Shown piece by piece: positions 26,201 to 46,090 of a DNA stretch of 64,000 bases (its first letter is position 1; each line of letters starts with the position of its first letter). The stretch covers positions 100,819-164,818 of the forward strand of contig NMRA01000041.1 of the NCBI GenBank assembly GCA_002633005.1. The letters run 5' to 3'. The notes beneath the pieces are model-generated. The model saw only the letters and a list, made by a program, of their open reading frames with translations, made no database searches and had not been told where the DNA came from. The stretch comes from Phoronis australis. Its lineage: Eukaryota; Animalia; Phoronida. The translations under genes were made by a program, and so were the position numbers.

Positions 26201-29200
26201 CTAGTTGTGCGCTGTATCTGTGTTGAAGTAGGAAACTTGCAAGCTCTCTCTAGATGTGTTTTTTTATGGTAATGCATCTTTTGAATTTACAGTCAGTCCC
26301 TGAGACTTCTTGCAATCATGACAATGGTAATGACAGCTCTGAGTACTGGAACGATTCTGAAGACAGGTATGTGTTTGTGTTGTGGCAATGTTAAAACCGG
26401 CGAGTGAATTAGAAGTGTTTTATAACAATGCTATACAGGTCTCGGAATTTTCCTCTTTTTAAGCGGATTTCCTCTTTTTTGGTTTTAATTTCCTCTTATT
26501 TGATTTACAGTTTCTCCTTTTTCATCTATTTTATCGTTATATTAATTTTAACTTCTTCAGTTAAATTTTACATCACAAAAAATATTTCCATCACATAATT
26601 CTGTTTATTTGTAAAACGATACATCATCTGACAATTTTTCCTCTTTTGTCATTGGTCATTCCAAGCCCTGGCTATAGTTGGAACATCTTTGTTCATTTGT
26701 TTCTTAATACATTGCAATAGTTATGTGTTCAATCAATTCATTTCACAAACACGTAAGTTGCTCATCAAAAGTGTCCTAAGCCGATGATAATTAAAGTGGT
26801 GGTGTTGACAGAGGCTGATTTTGATGTGTCCACATTTCGTGGTCGCATATTGCTATAATTTTGTCCAGCATGCTCTGCTGTACCTCCAGAACCCCTTGTA
26901 GTATCCTCATCAAGCTTGGCACGTGTGTTCCAGCTGATGACAATGACGACGACTTATGGATGTATCCGATTACCTATGTGGCCCCCAGTGGCAATTTTAG
27001 TATTTTATGTTTGCCTCCTGCAGATTTTCATGAAATGTGTCAATTCAGTTTCTATTAACTTGAGGAAACTATGATACCTTTCCATTTTTGTACAGATCTT
27101 ATGTATTCTGCACCACCTAGTGGCCATTTTTGTTATTTAAGAGCCAGTCTTGTGTGTTTAACCCCCCCCCTTCCCTATGAAGAAGTGCTTCTTGCTTCTA
27201 TCTGACACTATGAAGAAGTGTCTTCTTCTCCTGTGTCATTCAAGAGTTTGTGAAGACTATGTCTTATGTTGTTGTAGTGATGAATATAGTGATGAAGAGG
27301 ATATGGAAGGAGAGGAAGATGAGGAACTCGATGACGAGGACATTGATGAAGAAGAAGAAGAGGGTCAGGAAGAGGAAGAAGAAGAAGAAGGGATTGTGTG
27401 GCACACCCTGGGTGATGAGGATAAGGTGTGTACAAACTGTTTTAGTCGGTCTTGTACAGAGGTAGTTGCCACAGTAGCAAACATCCAACATGATACAGCA
27501 CGGCCTAATAACAAATTCTGGTGTGCAAGTTGAGCACAATTGACAAATGCATTTCTTTCCATTCAAAGGCACCTCACAACATTGGGTTTTTGCACCGCAT
27601 GTGATGTGGCCTACCCTTGTCAAGCCTTCTTGCCAAATATGGTCTTGATTAATCATGGCTTTCCTGGTCCTTCCAACCCCAGGAACTATAATTTAAGTAT
27701 GGAACAAGTTGGCACCAATTTCATAACTGCAATTGAAATTTTTTTGGAAGACCAGTTTAAAACAACTGCTAGTGTGAATGTGGTTGTATGTGGAATACTA
27801 TTAGCATAAATGTTTTGTTTTAATTTGGTAGTTTAGTTATCATGAACCCGGTGTTTTCAGCCTGGCAGTGACAGTGGTTGTACCGCCGTGGTAGCGCTGC
27901 TACGGGGTCGTGACCTGTATGTGGCCAATGCTGGCGACTCACGCTGCATCGTCAGTAGGGCTGGGAAGAGTGTAGAAATGTCGTTTGACCACAAGCCAGA
28001 AGATGAGCCTGAAAGGAAACGCATTGAAAATGCCGGAGGAGAGGTGACCCCTGATGGGCGGGTCAACAACGGACTGAATCTGTCAAGAGCTATTGGTAAT
28101 GGTCACTTATGTTATTCAAACAATACTTGTCCAACTGTACACTTATCAATTTGTAATTGAAACTGCATGCATCCTAACTCAATTTTATCACCACCAGATG
28201 CATTTTGGTGCTGGGAGACTTTAAACATTTCCTTCGTGATCAGATCAGAACTAGTCTTTGGAGGCTGGTATACGTCCTCAAAAAACTGAAAAGAAATATT
28301 GTAGAGTGCATTTGGTTTTAGTATCTTAAAAGATGAACTTTAGCGCATCAAGGAGTTGCGTGTCCAATGCTTTAGCTATCTAGAGCCTCTAACATGTTAA
28401 ACATGTATATTGGTAACAGGTGACCACTGCTACAAACGCAATGACAAACTACCTCTGAAGGACCAGATGATCACAGCACTGCCTGATGTCAAGACGATGT
28501 CACTGAGTGAGGAGGATGAGTTTATGGTACTAGCCTGTGATGGTATTTGGTGAGTACAGGCTCAACTGTAGTATAGGTCATGCAAGGCCAGTTCACGTCA
28601 CTTAATACAATAGATCCACTGGGTTTGTGCCCAAGCACATGCATCCAATATGGTGCAGAGTTTTTTCATAAATATTTAATGCTCGAGTATTTCACTTGTT
28701 GTTACACAGGACTATCCCTTGTATTTGTGCATGATTTTCTTGAATTGTGTGTTTTCTCTATTTTTTGTACTTTTTGGTTAAATAAGTAAATAATGTTGAA
28801 TAGAATGCACACCAGCATCTACCATTTTGTTGAGTTTCATACACTTGGCATTTCAAATGGTTGCTGCTTACATTTTGCGCAAGTGTTTCACATAGAGGCG
28901 CATGTGCCGAATTCCAGGGTTGGGCGGAGCTTTACATGTACGCGCATGTGCCAAATTCCGGAGTTATGCACAGCATGTGCCTGGTGACACGTATATGCGT
29001 TAAGGTAAACCATTTTCTGAGAATGATGTCTCTGGATCGGTGAATATCAAAAAACGTCAGGTAGCTGTTGTGCTAGTCTAAGAGGTTCATCTTCCGAAAG
29101 TTCCAAGATATTTATTCAGTGATTAAGGTTGTTACATTTTGACTTCAGGAACTTCATGACCAGTCAGGAAGTGGTGGACTTCATCAGTGACAAATTGAGT

Positions 29201-30597
29201 GCTGACACAAAATTGTCCACCATTTGTGAGCAGGTGAGGCTAGTGGAAGTCAACCCTTTGTTTTCACCGCATTTGTTTGAAATATCTTTACTTTTTTTAT
29301 CAGCAAGAACACTTGATACATTTTATCAGTCGAGAGATTTCAATAGAAAAGAAAGTTTAGAGGTCAGCGCTGAGCATACCGTCAACTCGTCAAATAGGGC
29401 GAGGCAAAATTCCCAGGTCGCCAAATGGAAAATGAGTTCATGGAAAAGGGAAACCCCTTGGGAGGTGTGGACGTTCTGGCCTTCACCAACGGTGGTCAGT
29501 TTAAAAAGCTGGTGGGTTTAATATGACGGGCGAAGGGAGAAAGACATTATAGAACCTATTCAGCACTTACCTGATTAGAAAACAGGCGACCCGAAAACAT
29601 TGTTTGCGCGTGCGTCAATGCAGGAGGCTTAGCCAGTGTCGAGCTTCATAGAGAATCTTGCGAGGAAAGCTAGTTTGATCATGTGCTTGCATGTAATAAG
29701 AGTACTATGTCTATGGAATGGCCTGTTTACTTTCCATTGAAGTTTGAGCACCTGCTCGAATGTGTGCTGAGGGTGGCAGTTGCACTGATTTCACAAAATA
29801 AATAGAGCAGTTGTCAACTTAAAGGTATTTTATTCAGGAAAAATCATTGTTTGTTTTAAAGTTAAGAAATCATCCAAATTTTGAAGGTAATTGCTGGTGG
29901 CTGTTTTCATGGTTTTGACTTGGTTGTGGCCTGCAAAAGTGAGACAGCTTCAAGCCCTGAAGTTAAAGCGTTATTTCTGTAATTGTAATTCTGTTTAATA
30001 GTGAAAAGTCAAGTTTGGTGTCAGTCACATGCCTAGCCGGTTTGCAGTGTACCACTAGAAATTAAAAAGTAGTCTTCAGTTAAATTCAAATTAAGGAATT
30101 ATGGTTTTGTTAAAGAGCAATTTTTGGTGAAAAGTTATAATTTTGTCAGTTTGAATTAAAATTCATAGTTCAAAAATTTTCAATTACAATGTAGTAGAAA
30201 AATGTATTTGAGTAAAGAGATGTAGCCTGGTCAAATAAGATTGCCCGACCTCGCTTTCTCAGAAAGTCAAACAAATTGCAACGAGTTTCAAGAACAACAT
30301 CTTTTCAGGACACAAAATACTAAGAAAGGGCGAGGGTTCTTTTGTCAAAATTAAAACCTGTAACTGCACTTCATTGATACATTATCTTCCTTTGTGTAGA
30401 TGTTTGACCACTGCCTAGCTCCAGACAAAACTGGAGATGGCACAGGGTGCGATAATATGACCTGCATAATAGTGCGGTTCAAGGACCTGAAACTCTCCTC
30501 CACATGCAAGAGAGCAGCCGAAGCAGAGGACCTGACTGAAGGAGAAGGTGAATCCAGCAATTCCACCAAGAAACTGAAGAAGGACAGTGTGGTATGA
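20126..30597 (+). CDS. PPM1G: Protein phosphatase 1G (PP2C-gamma), whole gene, 10 coding exons, 592 aa
   Basis: Exons: 20126-20236, 22464-22539, 23396-23590, 24446-24972, 26293-26366, 27278-27425, 27861-28095, 28420-28549, 29149-29233, 30400-30597 (1779 nt, phases consistent). Motifs: [28 protein letters not shown], central acidic tract, [53 protein letters not shown]-terminal KKLKKD. Confidence 0.96.
21471..22083. mobile_element. Foldback/MITE-like element with long imperfect TIRs and an inner inverted repeat
   Basis: 21471-21590 is inverted-homologous to 21958-22083; inner arms ~21790-21845 and ~21885-21940. Confidence 0.75.
22464..22539 (+). CDS. PPM1G: PPM1G exon 2
   Basis: DAHNCC...AVYDGHG; CAG/GTAAGA. 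Confidence 0.95.
22905..23113. mobile_element. Degenerate MITE
   Basis: GGTTTCATGAAAGT ... ACTTTTCATGAAAC inverted ends. Confidence 0.4.
23396..23590 (+). CDS. PPM1G: PPM1G exon 3
   Basis: [13 protein letters not shown]...; CAG/GTAAAA. Confidence 0.93.
24446..24972 (+). CDS. PPM1G: PPM1G exon 4 (low-complexity insert)
   Basis: [17 protein letters not shown] then a polar low-complexity region; TAG/GTAATT. Confidence 0.88.
25698..25940. mobile_element. MITE copy (CAGGGCTTGGAAT family)
   Basis: Homologous to 12084-12329 and 26436-26670. Confidence 0.8.
26293..26366 (+). CDS. PPM1G: PPM1G exon 5
   Basis: 74 nt, CAG/GTATGT. Needed to bridge phase 0 (exon 4) to phase 2 (exon 6). Confidence 0.8.
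26436..26670. mobile_element. MITE copy (CAGGGCTTGGAAT family)
   Basis: Homologous to 12084-12329; flanked by GCTATA on both sides. Confidence 0.8.
26820..27140 (-). mobile_element. HINE-like fragment in PPM1G intron 5
   Basis: Reverse-complement of the same family: degenerate hairpin at 26825-26850, GCCCCCAGTGGC 26981, CCACCTAGTGGCC 27113. Confidence 0.55.
27278..27425 (+). CDS. PPM1G: PPM1G exon 6 (acidic D/E tract)
   Basis: [24 protein letters not shown]; TAG/GTGTGT. Confidence 0.9.
27861..28095 (+). CDS. PPM1G: PPM1G exon 7
   Basis: [11 protein letters not shown]...LSRAI; CAG/GTAATG. Confidence 0.96.
28420..28549 (+). CDS. PPM1G: PPM1G exon 8
   Basis: GDHCYK...LACDGIW; CAG/GTGAGT. Confidence 0.96.
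29149..29233 (+). CDS. PPM1G: PPM1G exon 9
   Basis: [12 protein letters not shown]...ICEQ; CAG/GTGAGG. Confidence 0.95.
30400..30597 (+). CDS. PPM1G: PPM1G exon 10
   Basis: [24 protein letters not shown]...; TGA at 30595-30597. Confidence 0.95.
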   Translation: MFDHCLAPDKTGDGTGCDNMTCIIVRFKDLKLSSTCKRAAEAEDLTEGEGESSNSTKKLKKDSVV

Positions 30598-32299
30598 AGG
30601 ACTTGGAGAAACATTCTTTTTGTTGTTTGAAGTGCATTTGTCTTTGTTGCAAGAGTATCAAATGATTGGTACCTCGAATTTGGCACAAAAAATGCATTAT
30701 TGATGATCATTTTTAAATTAATCCAGGCAAGTGTTAGACAGTGTTTTATGTTGAAGCGACTGCTAGTGATGTTATTAAGAGGCTCTTCAGGAGATTGAGT
30801 GTAGTAGTAATGTTGATACAAATAATTTTATTACAGTGTTTAGATTATAACACTTTGGTAGATTGCCACTACAGTGGAATGAGACCGTCAGGTGTTACAA
30901 CTAATCTAAGAAAGTAAATAACATTTCATTCCAAGCCAGTGATTTTTAAAACTTAAGGGGAACTGGTAACTAGGTGTTTTACGAGATCCTTTTGTAATTC
31001 ACGCCCATAAAAGTTTAAGAAGTGCTTTGTTGTTTTGGTTATTGGCTAAAATTTACTTTGTGTTTGATTTCATCAACTGTCTTCTAAATGTGAGAATTGC
31101 TGAATCAATCTAGTATGTTGATTCTTTTTGTGTGTGAACTTATAGTTAATGCAAATGAACTTGAAGTTTCTATTATATCCAGTTTTTGTTAGAATCATGT
31201 CTTGTTGAGGATATGGACTGACTTTGATGGGAATTACTCAGAACCTGTAAAAGTATGATACTGAAAATGATGTGGTTAATGTTAATTTCTGTTAAAATGA
31301 CCTCCGGGTAGAGTTCTCATGGGTGCTCTGCTCAAAATGGGTTATACTGTGTGTTAACCGTGATTTAAGAACAATGTAATCATTTTTAAAAGATGATGTG
31401 AAATGGAAACTAAAGGTTTTGAAAATGTTATTTTAGTTAATAAATGATCATCATATCACTTTCATAGCTTTTTCAAAGCTATATTGAGTGCCGTTTTGGT
31501 AATCTGATTATTACCTTGGGACATCCTGTTTCACTCAATGGTGTTTGGTATAGTTATGATGTGGTTGGAATGCAGCTTGTGTTGTCTCTGGTTATTCTAT
31601 TGAAGTTGGCCAGTTTTTACGATTAACCAATGCTTAATTTGAAGGCAAAAAGCCATAGTTCAGTTCGAATTCCATTCACGGAAGAATCTTGCACAGGAAG
31701 CTAGTATGTCCACATGGTTGGCGTACAGTACAAGGTGATGTCTCACGGAAGTCGTTAATTTTCTCAAGGTTCTCACTGCTGCTGAATGCACACCAGGGTA
31801 GAGTTCAATAACGCCAGCACATCGCTGGAAAAGCTTGATCTTGCGAAATATCTGTATTTTCAATGAGAGCTTGTGATTTTGGTTAGATTTTTCTCACCAT
31901 GAGACAGCTATTGAGCTCTACCATAGCCTGTCCCTCACTACTCAAATACTTCCTGCCTGCGCCAAGTTCAGCCAAGGTGACGAGCTTTTTTCCATAGCCA
32001 CACAAACGTATGGTTTTAATGCCGTGACTTGACACATGCACAAGTACCACCAAAGGAGGTTGTCACGATTGTTCTGGAAGCTTTTGTCGACAGTTGGCAC
32101 AAAACCTCCAATGCAGTAGTTGAATTGAGAGTCTTATCACAAAATCTAGTAAATTAGATAAAGCGAAGAGTGTTGGAAGGAATTTGCTTTATATTGTGGA
32201 TATGGCATGTTACGTTGTTGCTATGTAACTGAACGGTTCAACCAACCATTCATTGTTAGTTACTTGTAGTCTGGAAGTCTAATGTACACTGTCATTGTT

Positions 32300-32305
32300 A
32301 ATAAA
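32300..32305 (+). terminator. Candidate polyadenylation signal of PPM1G
   Basis: AATAAA followed by a GT/T-rich tract. Strand composition switches from T/G-rich to A/C-rich downstream, towards the TDH 3' UTR. Confidence 0.45.
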
Positions 32306-33379
32306 ACTGTTTTGTAGTTATTGTTTGCTTGTTTAAGGGATTATGAAGGGGTAACGAACCATGCTTTCTATCCAAAACAGCCTTTATTTAGGGCACATAC
32401 TATTAAAATTTGGTTCATTTTGTTCATTTTTAGGCTTAAGAATTTTTGACTGGTTGTTATTGCTTCAGACTAGTTCCATAAAGTGAAACTTGTACGCTAA
32501 TTTCTTAGCTATGTGATTGCTTGGCCAAATTGGTTAGAAACACGACATGGAGTGACGATGTGAATACGAAGTAGGTTGAAAATTGCCAAATGTTTTTAAG
32601 AGTTTTGTGGCAACAATGATCAGCCTCAAATCACTGAACCGTGTCCAGTAAGTATCATGATGTGGTGCTTTGGAATAACACTGATGCAAGCTATGTAAGC
32701 CGTTAGTGCAAAGGTCTCCTATTTGCAGAATTTTTTGTTTTTGGGTTTGCAAGTTGTCAATGAATACAACTGCACTTTGTTTAGCATAGATTATGTTAAA
32801 ATAGCATTGCCGTTTAGTATCTGCTATACATTAGTATAGTTGGGAGCATGCAAATACATTAAATTGCTTGTCAGAGTGCATTTCAGTAGTCAGTGCAGGA
32901 TGTCATGGGGAAATCCAGGTGATTGACTGTAAACAACATTCAATTCTTTAATGGACAATAGGAAGCAATGTGTTGTGAAGAAAGTTTTTTACCTCCAGAA
33001 ACGTGGCTTCATAGTAGCTTCAACCAAGTTCTGAGGTATTTTTTATTTAAATCGGAAATGCAGCAGAATCTGCGTTTGTTGTGGTCTGTTCTGTGCTGGA
33101 AGGTGGCGTTGAGACACGAATTATAAACATGGCATCTTTGAAACACCACATACATTTAATATTATGCTGCAAACATGTATACAATAATGTGTTTGACATA
33201 AATATATATGAAGTTTGTTGAAAATAACAATGGCATTAAATTAAAATGGCTTATAACCAGACTAAAAACAAATTTGCCACTGAGGGTGCAACAGTACTTG
33301 GATCATCCAGAAAATCTGTCAGGCATGGTCATCTTTATTGGAACATATCTGCTTTTGGTGGATGCCAAAAATAGACTCA

Positions 33380-33480
33380 AAAATAAAAATGGCCACTAGG
33401 TGGCGCACGATATGTTGAATCCGTCTGAAACTCGGAACAAATCATCTCTTTAATAGACACCTTTCTTACAAAACACAGAC
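33380..33480 (+). mobile_element. HINE-like internal unit fragment
   Basis: ATGGCCACTAGGTGGCGCACGATATGTTGAATCCGTCTGAAA matches 39876-39920. Confidence 0.6.
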
Positions 33481-34790
33481 GAGAAAGGAGTAACTTGGAA
33501 TGAATATACAAATGGTTAAAGTTCTGAACATTTTGTATAGAATGTACATCTAACTTCACTCAGATTGCAGTGCGATATTTTAAACAAAGTCATTAAAAAA
33601 ATTGAAATCGTCCCTCATCAATTTAGTTCTTACCACTGTTCTTTATACGACTTTAACAAATGAAAGAACTGGTGAATACTTGCTTTATGTGCTCGTGAAT
33701 GCATGCACATAGGATGGATTAAAACCAAAAATACACTGGTAGACCATAAAGCAAAATCATGATAAAATATCAGCACATAATTTTAGGTTATTAAAACCTA
33801 CAACATACACAAAAAACATTTTATAACTCACCCGGAATTCTCAACAAAAACAAATTTCCACTTAATAAACAAAATAAGCACAAGATTTCACTCCAGATAT
33901 TATGCCTTCATAAGATGTAAATGCAAGAATTCCTCAAAATGCAATAAACAATACATCTCAAAAATCAGTGATTCTCCACGACCTACAACATCGCGTCTTG
34001 AGATTCTCGTCGGCAGTACACATTCAAACTAAACAGAAGTACAGTAATACCGTGTGTTACCCAATTTGCTACGAACGAAACCAGACTTGTTCTTGTATAC
34101 TTGATATACGGGACAGCTCAAAATTAATTTGTTGAACAGCACCGCCAGGACATATTGAGCAACTATCTTTCAATCCTGCTGTTCAGATCAGAGTGCACTT
34201 TATCTTAAATATCTTTAAAATCTAAAATGCTGCCAAAACCCAAACAGAACATCAGACATAACAACTGTGTGCTTTTGCTACCAATGGTCACACTTTTAAA
34301 AATGTCAGTATGAGTGCTTAATAACCAGGAACTTGTTAAATGAAGAGTGACTTTAAAAAGCTGCCCTGTTTAGCTGACTAAAAATCGAATTGGGTCATTT
34401 GGTCTCCTAAAATTGTTCTGATAGTGTCCCTTGAGATACGATTCCATTTCCATTACCAAATCAAATCACAAGCACCATTTTCAAATTTGCAATATTGGGG
34501 TAGGACAACCCCAATAAATCCCGAAGTATTATTATGACTACAGTCATTTTTATGTCAGTTGTGACACTTCGCCCCTTATAAAACATGCAGTATCACATTC
34601 ACAATAACATGCCTTCAATTGGCCACTCAACTGCTGATAAAATCAGTCCTACTAGGCCCTTGGTCCCCGCTTATTAGAAGATTTGTCCTTTTCACAATAT
34701 TATTTTAGAAAATGTTTATAATTCAATTTTTCTTAGTTACATCATGATTTAAATCCAATAACATTATCACAAAGTCTTCATTCTTTGCCA

Positions 34791-43562
<8,772 letters not shown>

Positions 43563-43989
43563 GTTTCTTTATGAGATTCAACGGGGATGAGATTCTAAAT
43601 ATTGGTCTGCTGTAATTCTTTGGCTTATATGTGTCTGTAACAGTAATTCAAGGTTGGTCCCTGGAAAAAGTATAGCACAACGTCAAAGGACAAAGTCATA
43701 TCCATACAGTTTTCATGATGATGAAGATATGGTTTTCACACTTCATCAATGCATCACAAAAGTTCTAAGGATGTTACCTGACTTCTGAGCGGAACTCTTC
43801 GATAACTGTGAACCTAAGTACAGGCACAACTAGGGAATTGTAAACATGGGAAGTGTGCAAGTATCTGGTGGAAAATAAATGCTCTACAATTTAGAACATG
43901 ACATGGCTGAACTGGGAATTCAGTTTTGCCAATAAAATTAACAAGAGCAACGCTTAGTGTTGACGTGTGACACAGAACTCCAAAGATTA

Positions 43990-46090
43990 CAGAGCCAAAC
44001 ATAAAAAATTGCCATTAGGAGATGAACATCAGTAGTTCCATTCGTCCACCTGTTGTCAAGTTAATAGGTTTCCAAGATTAACAAAAAATGTCACTTGGGG
44101 GCACCACAGTAGTTGGACACATCCGAAAATACACTGTCTTCTTCACGACAGAAACTTGTTTTTATAGGTTAACACTTGCAAAAATTCACCAAGAGCTCAA
44201 AACGGTTTAAAGGAGATACAGATGCGGACACAAAAAACAAAATTGCCACTAGGAGGCACCGTGGTTCTCAGAGTCGTCCGAAAATCAATGTCAGCTACGG
44301 TCTTCTCATCAGTAACACATTTGCTTTGTTTTTGAAATGCTCCTCTGAGCGGTTTAGTCATAAGAGGTGGGCACCAAAAATGGACTTGAAAAGACAAAAA
44401 TAGCTAAAAAAGTATATCGAATCCATCCAAAAATGAATGGCATCATTGTCTCCCGCAAGAAACCCAGTTGCTGAATTTCGTGCAAATCCATCCAAAAACT
44501 ACAAGAGGCAAACGAAAATAAGCTAAAATCTCCAATAGGGTGCACAGCAGTAGTAACCCTTTTTAATGCTATCATTCAACCTCACCTAGATTTTTTCCTC
44601 CCAGTGTGGGGTGTTGCATCAGGCAAGGATATGAAAACCATCCAGGTTATCCAAAATAGGGCTGCCCGGATTATTCTGGGAGCTGGTGTTAGAGATATTA
44701 GTATTGAAAACCTTCATAAAGAGACTGGTATAATGAAAATTCACACAAGACATCAATTCCTATCTGCTTGTTGTATGTACAAATGTTAAAGGCCTTGTCC
44801 CATCTTACTTATGTGCTAAGTTTAAGATGACTACTAATCGCTACAATACTAGGTCCTCATCATCATCTGATTTCAATCTTCCTAAACGCAGAAGCGAGAC
44901 TGGGAAAAAATCATTTTCCTACAGCGGGCCCTTTTTATGGAACTCTCTCCCTGCAGATGCCAAATCTACATAATCCTTTCTAACCTTTAAAAGAATAATA
45001 AGAAATAGATTTAACTCCATGTAGTGTCTAAGAATTTCATGTTTATTCATTTGTTATTTATATAATGTCTTACTTTTATTAATTATTTATTGTCTGTTTT
45101 AATGTTTTATATTTATATTTATATTTTTTAGTTAATTATCTTGTCTTAATGTCTTTATCTTTTACTTATCATATTTTATTTTTATTTTGGTTCATCAGTC
45201 TTTCCATGTTAATTTTTTATTCTTTACTTATTACTTAAATTTGTCTTTCATTGTGTAATTCTGTATTTGTCTTACTATCTGTTTGTTTTTTACTGAGGGC
45301 CCCCATAGAAAGCAGTGTGAACTGATGGGGCTACCCTCATTGTAAAGATTACATTAATATCTAAATAAATAAATAAGATTCGTCTGAAACTCTTCATCCT
45401 TTGTCAGCTCCATAAGAACACATCGCCATACTTCACTACTACCCAGCCTGCAAAAGGTTAAGGAGACACAGCCGTAAACTAAAAAATCAACACTTGAGAT
45501 CATGAAAGTAGTCAAACTCTTCCGAAAATCAATGTCAGCCTCAGTCTTTTCATCAAAAACAAATAAGCCAATTTTTACAATGATCCGTTGAGCAGATAGA
45601 ATGGCGAATGCAAAAATGGACTCGAAAATTTTTAAAATGACCATGCACAAGGTAAAACAGAATACTGTATGGTATGTCAAACCCCTCTGAAAATGGGAAG
45701 ATGTAGTTTCATTAACAGAAACCTATTTGCCAAAATTTCACAAAAATCTGTCAAGAAACTGCCTATACACATACAGAGGTCAACGTAAATAAGAAGTAAT
45801 TGTCACTAGGGGGCACAGTGGTAGTCGATTTTGGTTCGAAACTTGTCCTCATCATTACAAAGATCCTAGTAGGTAAAAGGAAGTACAACCAAAGATGCAA
45901 AAAAAACAATAAACAAGCCACCAGAGGGCACCAAAGCAGTCGAACCCATCCAAAAAAACGTCATTTCAGGTTTTCTTGTCAGAAACACATCTGCTAGTTT
46001 TCCCAATGATACTTAGCCGGTTTGGTAGAAAGAGAGGCAGCGGAAGCACGACACTGGACGCCCAGACAGGTATGGCAACAATATGCACCT
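43990..46090 (+). mobile_element. Diverged HINE-like element with ~150-bp tandem units, interrupted by a LINE fragment
   Basis: Repeated (G)CCACTAGG(G)GGCAC units at 44092, 44245, 44530, 45822, 45917; ends GGACGCCCAGACAGG...AATATGCACC. Confidence 0.6.
44560..45377 (+). mobile_element. 5'-truncated CR1/L2-clade LINE 3' end
   Basis: Frameshifted ORF2 C-terminus (NAIIQPHLD..VWG..IQNRAARIILG..; KKSFSYSGPFLWNSLP), AT-rich 3' UTR, terminal hairpin GAGGGCCCCCAT...ATGGGGCTACCCTC and (TAAA)n tail. Confidence 0.85.

Noticed and set aside
43705-43790. C/D-box snoRNA candidate (ATGATGA...CTGA)
   Set aside because: Antisense to the host gene TDH, with no terminal stem or recognisable guide.
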